Below are positions 1-14,014 of a stretch of 64,000 nt of DNA, piece by piece; the stretch's first letter is position 1; each line of letters starts with the position of its first letter. The DNA is from Octopus vulgaris (lineage: Eukaryota). Below the pieces are notes generated by a model. It searched no databases, was not told where the DNA came from, and saw nothing but the letters and a program-made list of their open reading frames with translations. The DNA lies in NCBI GenBank assembly GCA_951406725.2, contig OX597816.1, forward strand, positions 120,776,001-120,840,000, written 5' to 3'. Made by a program: the position numbers and the translations under genes.

Positions 1-37
1 ATCATAATACTTAGCTTCCAATGACCAAGTCTACTTT

Positions 38-290
38 GGCGGTGCCTGGCTTAGTGGTTAGGGTGTTGGACTCATGATCATAAGATTGTGGTTTCGATTC
101 CTGGACCAAGCAACACGTTGTGTTCTTCAGCGAAACATTTCATTTCACATTTCTGCAGTCCACCCAGCTGGCAAAAGTTAGTAATCTTGTGATGGACCAG
201 TGTCCTGTCCCGGTGGGGAATATCTATGCCATGAAACTGGGAAAGCGGCCCTTAAGAATTGGTATGACACAAAAAGGTAACTTTACCTTA
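38..290 (+). mobile_element. tRNA-derived SINE (family C, CORE-like middle)
   Basis: A-box-like TGGCTTAGTGGTTAGG and B-box-like GGTTTCGATTCC, then TGTTCTTCAGCGAAACATTTC...CAGTCCACCCAGCTG. Homologous copies at ~1880-2110(-), 14015-14245(+), 51775-52035(+) and 59970-60100(+). Confidence 0.75.
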
Positions 291-481
291 CCAAATTAAC
301 TTACCAAATCTACTGAGATGTCTAAGTCAACTTTCAGCAAGCAGACCTGTAACCACAGACATTCTGTGATTCTTTTTTTTTTTTATTTTATAAAGTAACA
401 TATCCCAGAATGCACTCCTGAATGAGCTCTTCCTTTTTTAACTCTGTCACACTGTATTCCCACTATAGTGGGCATAGAGTA

Positions 482-645
482 CTGTATTTCAATGTGCATA
501 AGGAACCATTTATTTGTCAAAAATTAGGTTAAAAAAATATGGGAGTTTCTTATACATGGATAGTATTATAATCTCTTACAAAACCTTTTTTTCCAAATTT
601 TAAGCCCCCAAAATTAGGGGGTTCCTTATACTCATTAAAATACGG
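482..645. mobile_element. pogo/Tc1-type MITE
   Basis: Imperfect ~22-bp TIRs (CTGTATTTCAATGTGCATAAGG / CCTTATACTCATTAAAATACGG) flanked by TA on both sides. Confidence 0.6.
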
Positions 646-766
646 TAACTGTCATCTCTGCTGGATTCCCAGTAAAGCCGTAATGAACAACATAGAAAAA
701 GAAGATGCAGCTGATTCTGTCCATTACTTTGCCTGCAATCGTTACTCTTGAGCTGTATATGCAACT

Positions 767-1295
767 CATCATCATCATCATCATTTAGTGTCTGTTTTAC
801 ATGCTAGCATGAGTTAGATGGATTTACTGGAACTGGTAAGCTGAAGTACTGTACCAGGTTCCAGTCTGTTTTGGCTTGATTTCTACAGCTGGATGCTCTT
901 CCTAATGCACCACTCCACTGAGTGTACCAGGTGCTTTTTATATGTCACCAGCACTGGCCGTGACTACAATTTCATTTAGCCTGATGTGTCTTATCAAGTA
1001 CAGCGAGTCACCAAAAGTCTAGGATGTGAGTCTCCATGAGACTCACAACCGAAGATCATATTTGACCACCTTATCTTACATCTTCCTGGATCTACCTCTT
1101 CCATGGGTTCCTTCCACAGTTAGAGATCAACACTTCTTTATGCAGCTGTCCTTGTCCATGCACATCACATGGCCATATCAGCACAGTCTTCTCTCTTGCA
1201 CACCACATCTAATACCTCTTATACTCAATTTTTCTCTTAAGATGCTTACATTCTGTTGTACATGCACACTGATATTGCACATCCAGCAGAGTGTT
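767..1295 (-). mobile_element. 5'-truncated RTE LINE 3' end (degenerate)
   Basis: Minus-strand peptide [36 protein letters not shown] matches the C-terminus of the RTE ORF at 16617-17417; followed by the family 3' UTR and (GAT)n tail. Confidence 0.8.
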
Positions 1296-4200
1296 TGCTC
1301 CAGAATCCAAGTGGAGAGTAAAGTTAGACACAGAGGCCCAGGTCTGCGAGGGTTAAGATGATAGATGTGAATTCTACTTACTCTCTTAGTCACATTGACC
1401 CAGAGATGTGAGAGTAGTGAGGCCTCTTATGTTTTGAGGTAGCAAAGCAATCTCACTAGTGTCTTAGAAAAGGGGTTAGCTTTATGATATACATCCAATA
1501 CTCACTGTAAACTGGCTGGTGAATGCATGGATAACAATTTAGGGTTGTGAGAAAATTTTAGTTTTGTCTTATTGAAGATATGATAACCTGCCTTAATAAG
1601 TGGTACAATGATATATTCATACAACGCACTATAAAATGGTTGGTACTAGGAAGGACACCCAACCAAAGAAACCATGCCAAAAATGGTATGTATAAGTGAG
1701 ACATGGTCCGTTAACCTCTCTTGCAGTTTACTCTAAAGGAAAACTGACTTTGACTGTCATGACTTGTCCAACTCTGCCAGCATGGAAAGCAGGTGTAGAA
1801 CAATGGTAATGATGATTGTATATACACATGACCAGAAATTTGGAGAGAACAATGAAAATCAAAAAAGAATCAAAGGTCCTTCCTAAGCCATAAACTCATA
1901 AAGCTATTGTATAGTGTGTGTATTAGCCTGCTTCCTGGAAAAATGCTGGTCTGTCACAGGATTGTTATCCTTTTTGCCACCTGAATGGACTGAAGCAGTG
2001 TGAAATAAAGTGTCTTGCTGAAGAACACAATGCATCATCCAGTCAGGAAGTGAAACAACAATGTTATGTTCATAGTGCTATACCCTAACCACTAAGCCCT
2101 TTGCCTCCACAATAATGAAAATAGACACCACTATTTATCAGTTAAACTCTCTTCCTCAAACAAAAATGACCTTGTGCCTTACAGAACAATATTTTATTTT
2201 TAATATTCCACAACTTATGTGAAGTTAAGTAAGCACACACACTCATTTGGCATGTTCACAATCTCCCACTATACTGACCCTTGAGTAAAATAAGTTGACT
2301 TTATCAAGTTTTGAACTTTGAACTTATTGTTATTAAACAGCTGTGTCTATAATACTAAACTCCCTATTAACGAAATCCATTGAATTTTATTTTTTGCTGC
2401 GTTGTTTTCATTTCACTTATGGTTTCATTATACACTTGAGATAGCCATGAATTATAATTGAACCCATACACTCTTCGCACATTTGATAGCATATACCCTA
2501 AGAAGAAGGAAAAAGAAATTACACAATTGAGTCTAATATTTAATTCCTGGTCATTGCCCTATCTTCAGATCTGGTGAATTTAGTTTGGTTGAATTATGTT
2601 TAGGTAGTATAATAACTTTGGCCTGTCTTGCCATTTCATAACCATTTCCCCTCTCCACAAAAGATTACAACTTGGAACATTTAGAATACTTGAACAAAAG
2701 ATTGTGGAAATATTTCACTGGTATATCAGCAGCTAAAATTAGCTGTCCTTTCTTGATTCCTGTGAACTGGCAAATTATTACAGATATTCCAGTTGAATTC
2801 AGTGCAATTCAAATGTGGTTGTGCACAAATCCACATGAAAAATGGATAAACATTAATTAACAAGACTGGTTAATTAGTAGTCATATTGATTTACAATCCC
2901 ATTGCATGTAACTGAATTAAATTCTAGTTAACAACACTAACCTCTTATATCAATGAGTTTTTTGATGGATATTCAACCTGCTGGCTTCTACCTATCTTTG
3001 GTATATGCATAAAATTTTAGGCAAACTAGCTACTGATTATATAAGTATTACCATTTTTGTATTGTTATTACTTCTACAGTCTGACTTAAAGAATATTGTT
3101 GCTGTTGAAATAAACAACTTAGCTATTTGGGGCTCATCTAATATTATGTTGTTTTCTCCCTTTTCTTTCCTGTTCAGTTGATGTATAATTGGGAATACTT
3201 CAATAACATGATGTCTTCTTCAAACTTCAGTACACCACCACTGTTATGATAACCAAGAATATTTTACATTAGCAGAAAGCCACAAATTCATATAGGAAAA
3301 ATGCATTGTTAATTGAATTGACTTTCACTATATTTTTTTATCCTTTCAGCTTTGAAAGGATAAAAAGTAAATTTAAATATGGCAGGATTTGAACTATGCA
3401 GAAGAATGAAGCTAAGCTACATCAAGGCTATTTAATCAATTTAATCTGCTGCATTACCATTTCTGTTAATTCATCTACTCAAAGAGAAACTTTAAAAGTC
3501 TGCAAAATGGATAGATAAGTGTTGGTGCTGTTCTGTTACTGTCAAAGGGATCTTGACCATCTGGCCTGAGTGACACCTTGATCCATAAATTGAATTTGTT
3601 GACCTATGTATCATATTATGCATTATTGTGAGTGGAAACTAGTTGAGGCATACAAATCCAGTGCCAAGCGGAATTTAATGCAACCGCTTGGCTATTTATA
3701 ATCTAAGACAACCCTCTAAATCTCACTCTGAAGTTGACTTATTACATCACTTAGCTTGTCTTATGATAGTCTTTCCATCTGTACTGCTGTTACCTTGACC
3801 TACACTAGTTGTGTTGATTTGGTATGAAGCATTTTTACTGAGATAATTAGCCTTATATACCATAAATCTCATGGATTTATATTAATTTTTTTTAATATTT
3901 GAAGTTGCTCAAGTAAAATATTGCTGTTTTGTTTTACTGCTGTAATTTTCTTTGAGCATTGTAACCCTCATAAATAAATGCTACCATGAAGTTGAAGATG
4001 TTGTACTTAAGATAAAGGAACCCAACAAAAACCTGGGATAAGTAGTTGGACTGAGTGACTTTGCTATAAAGATGTTTTTAATAGGATTTTCTCGACATAA
4101 TGTCATTGGGCGACATCCACAAACTAGATCTGTGGATGTCGACTTCCATCTGGCTGGAGTTAGACATAAGGTGATATGATGGTGGAGTGGTTCCAATGTT

Positions 4201-5114
4201 AAGGTTGTTTGTGATGCTCAAACTTGATTCATAATGTTGAAAGATTTGATTATGCCTTTGATTTCATTCCATAATTATCGTTGTTTAAAGTGTAACACTT
4301 GAATATGATTTATGACAAACAAAATAATAATATAGTTGATTAGTAAATGTAAGAATACAATTTTCTCTTTTCCTTATCTTTTTGCATGTATAATTTCTGT
4401 TTTTGCTCCTAATCATCTAGTATCTTTTGTGGTGGAAACCATTGATAACTATAGTTAACATTTCTGGTAATATCTTTGCTATAATTGATTAGGTGTGTTG
4501 TTTTTCTCTAATTCATTTTCAATTTTTCCCTTGCATCAAATTATTCTCTATTTAGTATATGTATATACATTTATATAGTATTGGATCTCATGGAGTTTGT
4601 GCATCACTGAGAGTCCATCCTTGTTGTTTAGCCACTAGTCAACCTTGTTCATTTGCATACAGTCTGCCACAAAAATATGTCTAGACTTCTTGTGCAATCT
4701 TTGTAAACAAAAGGCTCATCCAACTAGTATCTTTCATATCCAGCTCCTTTTGTAACCATATCTGATCTGTTTGTTGTTCAATTGACTAAGAGACTGGAAA
4801 TGGGTAAGAGTTGGCATCAGGAAGGATAGCTGCCCATTGAAAACTCTGCCCCACTAACTTCCTCTTGTCTGACCCACGAAAGCATAGAAAAGTAAGTAGA
4901 TGTTAAAATGATGAGATTAATGATGACAAATACCCTTATCTTAAATCTGATCATGTTATAGCTGTTGTAAATCCTTTGTGTTAGATTTACTCCAATCCCT
5001 ACTCTACAGCGTAGCTTTACTGGAACTTTGTCAAGTTCAATGTTTTGCCTAGAAAGACTGCAGCACACCTGAAGCAGGTTTGAACTCATCAGAGAAAACA
5101 AAAATGTCACTTTT

Positions 5115-5583
5115 CATTTTTGACTTGCGTGTCAGTGGCACATAAAAGGCACCATTCAAGTGTGATCGTTACCTGTGTCGCCTTACTGGCACTCAAGCCC
5201 CATGCTAGTAGGGTGTTAAGAGCGCCACCCGAGCGTGATCGTTGCCAGAGCAGCTATCTGGCCTCTGTGCCAGTGGCATGTAAAAGGCACCATTCGAGAG
5301 TGATCGTTACCAGCATTGCCTTACTGGCACCTGTGCCAGTGGTATGTGTAAAAGATTCGAGCAAGGTTGTTGCCAGTACCACCTGACTGGCTCTGTGCCG
5401 GTAGCACGTAAAAGCACCCACTACACTCTCGGAGTGGTTGGCGTTAGGAAGGGCATCCAGCTGTAGAAACTCTGCCAGATCAAGATTGAAGCCTGGTGCA
5501 ACCATCTGGTTCGCCAGCCCTCAGTCAAATCGTCCAACCCATGCTAGCATGGAAAGCGGACGTTAAACGATGATGATGATGAT
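5115..5583 (+). mobile_element. RTE LINE 3' UTR fragment with internal repeats
   Basis: Several GTGGCAYRTAAAAGGCACC units, then GTGGTTGGCGTTAGGAAGGGCATCCAGCTGTAGAAAC...CCAACCCATGCTAGCATGGAAAGCGGACGTTAAAC(GAT)n, the same tail as the RTE at 15773-17417. Confidence 0.8.
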
Positions 5584-5977
5584 TATAGACTTAAGGCATC
5601 TTAGTTCTGTTTTAATTATTCAATTTTTGCTTATCTCCTTCACATGGTTTCAGTTTTGATATATTGCAGACTTGATCCACTATAGCTAGTAGTCCCACGG
5701 ACAATATCCAGAAGTTAAATTAGCTAGAGGTTAAAGAAAAACAACCAAAACTAATCCACATATTTATTTATATTTCCACCACTTTCCAGTCTGCCATTAT
5801 TACTATCAACCACCATCACAACTTGGTAGGGTTACATGAAAGGTAGACAGTAAACTATTGCAGAATTTTCTTGATTTCTAACAGGGCGTCGTGGTGTTTT
5901 TGTTGGCAACTCTAACTTGCCAGACATGCAAATCATTGTGATTATCTACAAGATTAATATATACAGCCATCCTCCCT

Positions 5978-6026
<49 letters not shown>

Positions 6027-6482
6027 TTCTCTGTTTCCAATGAAGTAAAAATAAGAAAAAAAATATTTTTATTTATTTTATTGTTTGAGTATTAGAAAAT
6101 ATATTTTTAAGTGCCAGTTTATTCTAGATATGAATTGTTCTTAATTACAGTTATACACATTTATTACACTCTCTCTCTCTCTTTCACACTCTTCTTTGAG
6201 TTTATTTATTTATTTTTATATGAAAGATAGAGAAAGATAAGCTGCATACACCTATTCTGTCAATGATCCATTAAGTTTAGAACCTTTCTTTTTACTGAAC
6301 TGAGTTATCTTTGGTACTAGGTTAACAGCAGCTAGTTGCTGTTTTGTTGGGTAAAGCATCGGTAGGTCTGCTTTAGAAGGCAGATCTGTGGCATGGAGTG
6401 AAACATCTGACTGATGGTTTTAGCTATGATTAACTTGTCTTGTCATGGAGAATGCAATCATAAGATTGAAAACTTAGAATAT

Positions 6483-6650
6483 AGGCACAGATATGGCCGT
6501 GTGGTAAGAAGTCAGTTTTCCAATCACATGGTCTAGGGTTCAGTCCTTCTATGTTGCACCTTGGGGCAAGTGTCTTCTACTACAGCCCTGGGTCAACCAA
6601 ACCCTTGAGTGAATTTGGTTGATGAAAACTGAGAAAAGTGTGTGTGTGTA
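6483..6650 (+). mobile_element. SINE family A, 5' part
   Basis: GGCCGTGTGGTAAGAAG...GGGTTCAGTCC...CACCTTGGGGCAAGTGTCTTCTACTA matches the full copy at 42588-42967. Confidence 0.7.
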
Positions 6651-6929
6651 TGTATTAGTATGTTTTACTATCTCCTTGACTTGACTTCATGTTGTTTTGG
6701 CAAGGTTTCTATAGCTGGATGCCCTTTCTAACCCCAACCACTCGGAGAGTATAATGAGTGCTTTTTATGTGCCACTGGCATGACTGTGGTGTCACTTGTC
6801 ACTGTTATGCAATTGGTGTTTCCATAAAAACATGTTTGGTCTTGGAAACAGGTTGGGGTTTGGTGACATGAAAAACATACAGCTATAAAAAATCTGCCTT
6901 GACAAATTTCCTTTAACCTATGCAAGCAT

Positions 6930-7527
<598 letters not shown>

Positions 7528-7920
7528 GAGAAAGAAAAAATCAAGGTAGAAAATGCTACAATAATTTTATAAAAAACATTTCAGTACCAGTTTCATTCAT
7601 TGAGACTTTTTCAACTGTAAGTGTGGAAAACAAATTTTGGAAAAATTGAAAGAAAAATTTTTTAAAAGAATATTTGCATAGTATTCAAATACAAGGGGCA
7701 TTTTCCTTGTTTCTGTCTGTCTCTGTCTCTCTTGTTTACTCTTGTGGGTTTGAGGTCATTGTGAATTTTTGGCAGAGAAGAAGAAGAATGCCGGAGTGCC
7801 TGCCATGATAGTAGTAGGATGTTAAATGGTCAAGTGCCCTGAAAGTGACTTGTTGTGGATGGTAGTAGTGATTGACATATATATATATATATATATATAT
7901 ATACACTCACACACAAGAAC

Positions 7921-8372
7921 GTAATATTTTGAATGCAGTATAGCCGTGAAAACAGCAGAAACATTATAAGATGGAAAAAGTTTTCAGCAGACAGCTACAG
8001 GACTTGAATCCACACCTCTCAGATACTGGCTGAGTACTTTATCATTAAGCTAAACTACCTACTGACAACAATCACCATCAAATTAAATGTTAAATATCAT
8101 AGCTTTTGGGGAATGCAACAACATATATTGTCAACAAACTTGTTTTTGCTTTTGGAAACATTGAATGTGTTTTGTAATATACAGATAAAAAAGTAACATT
8201 TTGAATGCAATATAGCCATGAAAGGAGCAGAAAGATTGGGTATTTTACCCTCATATGATGGAAAAAGTTGTCAGCAGTTTTTATGGCTATACTACATTCA
8301 AAATATTACTTTCTCATCTGTATGTTATAAAACACATCCAATGCTTCCAAAAACAAAAAATATTTGTTTACT
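7921..8372 (-). mobile_element. tRNA-Thr-like headed element in partial-tandem plus inverted arrangement
   Basis: Minus strand ~7995-8058 reads TAGCTTAATGATAAAGTACTCAG-CCAGTAT-CTGAGAGGTGTGGATTCAAGTCC (A box, anticodon arm with AGT, T arm). The body is repeated at 7921 and 8193, and 8277-8372 is the reverse complement of 8129-8223. Confidence 0.65.
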
Positions 8373-8392
8373 ATATATATATATATATATAT

Positions 8393-8725
8393 ATCATCAT
8401 CATCACTTAATGTTCGCTTTCCATGCTAGCATGGGTTGGTTGATTTGACTGAAAACTGGTCAGCCAAGGGACTGTACCAGGTTCCAATCTGATTTGGCAT
8501 GGTTTCCCTTCCTAACACCAACCACTCTGAGAGTGTAGTGAGTACTTTTTACATGCCACTGGCATGGGTACTACTGACCTGACACCTGGGTTTGACAGGT
8601 CTTCACAAACACAGCATATCGCCCAATGATTTAAGGTCTCTTTAATGAGCCAGTTATGCAATACTGGCATCGGCCATGACTACAATCTCACTTGGCTTGG
8701 TGGGTCTTCTCAAGCACAGCATATC
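8393..8725 (-). mobile_element. RTE 3' UTR fragment
   Basis: (CAT)n + TTCCATGCTAGCATGGGTTGG...CCTTCCTAACACCAACCACTC, the reverse complement of the family tail. Confidence 0.7.
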
Positions 8726-8727
8726 TC

Positions 8728-9085
8728 CTTGTGAATGGATTTGATAGATGGAAACTGGAAGAAGCCTGTTGTATATATGTATGTGTGTGTATATATATGT
8801 ATGTGTATATGTGTATGTATGTGTATATGTGTGTGTGTGTGTTTGTCTTTGTGTCTGTGTTTTCCCCCCTCCATCACTGCCTGACAACTGGAGTTGGTGT
8901 GTTTATTGTTCCTGTAACTTAACAGTTCAGCAAAAGAGACTGATAGAATAAGTATCAAGCTTAATGAAAATAAAAAAAAATAAGGACTGGAGTTGATTCA
9001 TTCAGCTAAAAATAATTGTTCAAAGTGGTACCCCAGCATGGCCATAGTCTGATGACTGAAGCAAGTAAAAGATAAAAGGTAAAAA
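8728..9085 (+). mobile_element. SINE family A, 3' part
   Basis: CTTGTGAATGGATTTGATAGATGGAAACTG...GATAGAATAAGTA...CAGCATGGCC...ATGACTGAAGCAAGTAAAAGA matches 42588-42967. Confidence 0.7.
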
Positions 9086-10237
9086 TGCTACCAAAAGTTC
9101 TTCAGTCAGTAAAAGGTTTTTATTCAGTTATTGTAAATTTGACTTATTTTGTTCAATAACAACTCTTAGGGGTCATAAGAGTCATAATTAATAAACATCT
9201 GTACACAATATTGGTCTCACATTGAAGTTCTGGCAAAACACATTTAAAATTGAAAAGATGTTGCCATAATTTTGAAGAAGCTATAATGGATTGTTATTGA
9301 GAAAAAGTTTGGAACTACAAGCCTAAATATCTAATCTATCTCAAGACATTTCTTAGATTCTAATAACCTTTGTTTGCTCTTCTTTCATTCTCTACTCTGT
9401 ATTTTTAGAACCCGTCAGTGTCATGTCTATGAAACAGAGAACATTATTTCATTTCCATTGTTTATTTTGACTCTTGACTTTCTGGGGTCACTGTGGTGTT
9501 CCTTTAGACTATTTCTGACAATTTGGTAATGTATATCTCCTGTCCCAGTTCTGGTGAGCTAATTGTGGCAATTAGCAGTTTGTCAATTTCTGCTCAATTT
9601 GGTAATTATATATCTCTCTACTTCTTTTTATTAGAAAATTTGGAACTAGCTAGATAAGAGCCAGTCACACTATACCTGCTTTGTTAAGAAAAGTGAGTTG
9701 AAAACTAATTTATTGTTCATTATTGTATGCTATCATTCAAGCATCACATCTCTTATCCTGCCTTTAGGATGGTATAAAAGCATCCTAAACATGAATGTAA
9801 TTGTAATAGGAGACTAAACTAGTTTTTGCTTGCTCTCTATAACACAATAGCTGTAGTTAAATTAGTTTAACATTTAATTCAGGGACCGTCAGAAAAGTTA
9901 ATTAGAAATTCACACTATTAATCAATGACTAATATTATTTTAATTATTTCAGTACATTGCGACAGATAACTCCAGGCATGCTTAGGTTTTAGTATGATTT
10001 CATCAGGAAAATATAACTATTTAAGGGAACAGTGATGAATAAATCACTGAGTATAATGTATAAGGATGTAGAATCGTTTAGAGAACGAATTACTAAGGTG
10101 CACCATCTGACAATTGTTACAATGCTATCATTTAATGCAGGAAGAATCAAATTCAAAGTATGTGATCTTTGAATGAAATTTATAATAATAAAGCACAAAT
10201 CAGTTGCTGCAGCTTTCACCAAAGAAATATATTTTCC

Positions 10238-10660
10238 CTAACCCTTCATACTAATCTGAAACTGCCTTTGATTCTGTTAACCTTTTAGCATTTAAATTAG
10301 CCATATCTGGCCTAAATATTCTACATGTTTTATGTTCAAACTGCCTGATCCAGCCTCTCACACCTATCCTTCAATGTCATTTTAAAAGTAAACAATCACT
10401 TTGAAATCTTGAAGTAACAAGATAATCTATGATTACTTCAAGACAATGTGATTAAAGAAGCATTATATTTGATGATGTAATGTGAATTCTTCAGACAAGA
10501 AGCCTGTTTTAAAACGATTTAAATTAAAAGCTTTCATCATAATTTCATGTTAATTTTTGTCCTAAACACCAGCTTCATAATGACTAAGTTATTTTGTTAT
10601 TTTAAAAATTAATTTAAAGTTAATTGAAACAAAAACAGTGTATTTTTTGCAACAGAAATA
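10238..10660. mobile_element. Nested piggyBac-like MITEs (family 1 inside family 2)
   Basis: TTAA-CCTTTTAGCATTTAAA at ~10277 begins a reverse copy of the 53385-53594 family. The flanks match the 41762-41974 / 23272-23500 family. Confidence 0.55.
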
Positions 10661-11340
10661 TTTATTTGTTTTTTTATTTCAGTTCTCAAAATATCCCAGT
10701 CCATTCTAAAAGAATTGTTACTCGTTACAATAAACTGTACCTGCCCTCCCCACTTTATTATTATTCTTTGCTTTTAACCATAACCTTTTCTGGCTGGAAC
10801 CTCATTTCCAAATAACACAGGAAACTGTGTAGTCCATCATTTTTATTTTTAAAAAAAAGCATTCATGTATTTAATTCTATTGATATTTTGAATTTAAAGG
10901 GTTAAAGTTATGAGTTTAGTAAAGATTAGTTCATCTGGAAAGGCACTGAGAGAATTTTAACATAGTCAGAATGGTGACAGTTCTGTAAGTGTTGAAAGGC
11001 TTGTTCCAGTGCAGTAGTGGTTGGGAGTGGGGGAATTTTAATATCATTAAATTCCATCTTTCATTATAGTGGCCAAGAAGATGAAAGAAAACTCATTTGG
11101 GAAAAAAAACAACTTTTAACTTACACTGAAAATCCACTATAAGTTGTTGCTTAATGGGTTTAAGGATTGTAGCTGGAAGATTTTTCAACAGCTTAGTTTT
11201 AATTGTAATTTACAATTAATAGACTAAGAAATTAATAGCTTTGCATGTATATAATGAGAGGACATTGAAACTATTTACATGCTTTTAATAACAAAATGAT
11301 TTGCCAGTCATTTAAGATATATATATATATTAATATATAT

Positions 11341-11663
11341 ATCATCATCATCATCATCATCGTTTAACGTCCGCTTTCCATGCTAGCATGGGTTGGACGG
11401 TTCAACTGGGGTCTGGGAAGCCCGAAGGCTGCACCAGGCTAGTCAGATCTGGCGGTGTTTCTACAGCTGGATGCCCTTCCTAATGCCAACCACTCCGTGA
11501 GTGTAGTGGGTGCTTTTTATGTGCCACCGACACAGGTGCCAGACGAGGCTGGCAAACGGCCACGCTCGGATGGTGTTTTTTACGTGCCACCGACACGGAG
11601 GCCAGGCGAGGCTGGCACGGCCATGATCGGATGGTGTATGTTACGTGCCACCAGCACAGAGGC
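11341..11663 (-). mobile_element. RTE 3' UTR fragment, young, with ~3 internal repeat units
   Basis: Nearly identical to 15773-16010. Confidence 0.85.
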
Positions 11664-11819
11664 TATATATATATATAGTATTTTATTCTTTCACTTGTTT
11701 CAGTTAACTATGGCCATGCAAGAGCACCTCCTTTAGTTAAACGAATTAACCCCAGAACTTATTCTTTGTAAGCCTACACCAACATATATATATAGAAGCA
11801 ATGACAGGAGAGAGAGAGA

Positions 11820-12517
11820 CCTTTGGAAATATGCTGTGATTGGGAACACCTGGCAACTAAAGTGAGATTGCAGCTGTGACCGATGCCAATGTTGCATGTC
11901 CGGCCCATTTAAGAGTACCCTTGATGTGTCAGGTGATATGATATGCTTGAGAAGACCTGTTGAGACAATTAAAACCAAAATCACAGCTGTGGCCAGTGCC
12001 CCCTGACAGGTGGTACATAAAATGCATCATCTGAATGTGGTCAATGACAGTGTCCCTTGACTGGCTCCCATGCTGGTGGCATGTAAAAAGCACTGTTCGA
12101 ATCTGGCCGATGGCAGTACCTTCTGACTGGCTTCTGTGTTGGTGGCACATAAAAAGTACTATCCAAACATGATTGATGCCAGGACTGCCTGACTGGCCCC
12201 TTTGCTCGTAGCATGTAAAAAGCACCATCCAAACGTGGCCAATGCCAATATCCCCTGACTGACTCCTGTACCAGCAGCATGTAAAAAGCACTATCTGAAC
12301 ATGATCGATGCCAGGGCCACTTGACTGGCTCCTGTGTCAGTGGCATGTAAAAAGCACCCGCTACACTATCGGAGTGTTTGGTGTTAGGAAGAGCATCCGG
12401 CTGTTGAAACATTGCCAGATCAGATTGGAGCCTGTGTAGCTGCTGGCTTTCTAGACCTCAATCAAACCGTCCAACCCATGCCAGCATGGAAAATGATGAT
12501 TATGATGATGATGATGA
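11820..12517 (+). mobile_element. RTE 3' UTR with ~7 degenerate internal repeat units
   Basis: GAGAAGACCTGTTGAG..., repeated GGCATGTAAAAAGCAC units, and a tail ending CCAACCCATGCCAGCATGGAAA(GAT)n. Confidence 0.8.
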
Positions 12518-12519
12518 TA

Positions 12520-12680
12520 TATACGACGGGCTTCTTTCAGTTTCCGTCTACCAAATCCTCTTAGAAGTCTTTAGTTGACCTGAGGCTATAGTAGATAACA
12601 CTTACCCAAGGTACAACACAGTGGGACTGAACCCAGAACTATGTGGTTGGGAAGCAAGATTTTTACCACACAAACACAGC
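12520..12680 (-). mobile_element. SINE family A, 5' part
   Basis: Reverse complement of the 42588-42740 region. Confidence 0.7.
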
Positions 12681-14014
12681 ATATATATTTTATATGTGTT
12701 TGTGTATATGGATATATATATAATCCAAACAAGAAAACAAAAAGATAACAACGCAAGGATGTGGAACAAATAAAGTATTATTGGACGCTCAGGAAAGAAG
12801 GGAATATATTTACATACACACACACATATATATATATATACATACATATATATATATATATATAATGTAAATAATTTTGGAAAAACAAATTTCAAAATCA
12901 ACCAGGTACAACCCTTTAGGATTACATGCATCTGCATATTGTACAGTGGGGCCTTGATTATCATATATTTATATATTTATCTAGAAATATACAAAATATA
13001 TAATAGAAATCCATAATACAATTTTGGGGATTAATAGATATGCAGGTATTCTATTTCAGATAATACAAAAAAAATAACCTAATGACTATATCTGAAGGTA
13101 AACTTGTGGTATCTATTTGCATATCACGAAATAATACTTTGGAGGATATACCAGTAGGGTATAAAATATACTTCCTTAATTTTCTCCTACTTATGTTAAA
13201 ATAAGAATTATCAATTATGAAGGAACTACACATGTTTCAGTATTGGAAGATTATAATATATATGCATATATTCATATATATACATATATAAATAAATATA
13301 TGCAATCATCATATTTACTATTCTACCAACACATCTTCAAGTTCTTTTTAAAATATTGTTAATCTAATTTTACATCACCTTAAAATTAATTGTTAAATTA
13401 AACACTAAAAAAGTAACACATATACATATATTACTATTGCAAGCATAAATGCTCATGCATATATATATATATAAGCATGGAAAACGGACGTTAAACGATG
13501 ATGATGATATGTATGTATCAAAAATTCATTAATTATTAGATGTATGTGTATATGCTTCCATAGACATGAACATAGTCACTTCATTTGTATGCTGCTAGCC
13601 ATCTCTCTTTCTTTCTTTCATTATGCACACACACTCACATGTATTCATACGTATATGCTCACACATATATCCATATATGTGTGTGTATATATTATATATG
13701 CTTTAGAGTTATTTTATCTGATGTTAGATATGCATCTCAATAAATATAAGTTTACTCCTTCGGCATCTCTATGATTCTGTCTGTCTGTCTATCTCTGTCT
13801 ATCTGTTTGTCTGTCTCACTCTCTCTGTAGTCTTCCTTCACCTATTTTCTGCCATCAAGCCTTGTATATGTACTCATACTGCACCTCTTATGTTAAATCT
13901 CTCTCTCTATCTCTTTGTTTCTTTTGCTCTCTCTTTCTATACAATGTAAAGTGTGACTGAAGAGATCAACCAACCGACATTTATCTCAGTAATTACTATA
14001 TACAAAGAAACATG

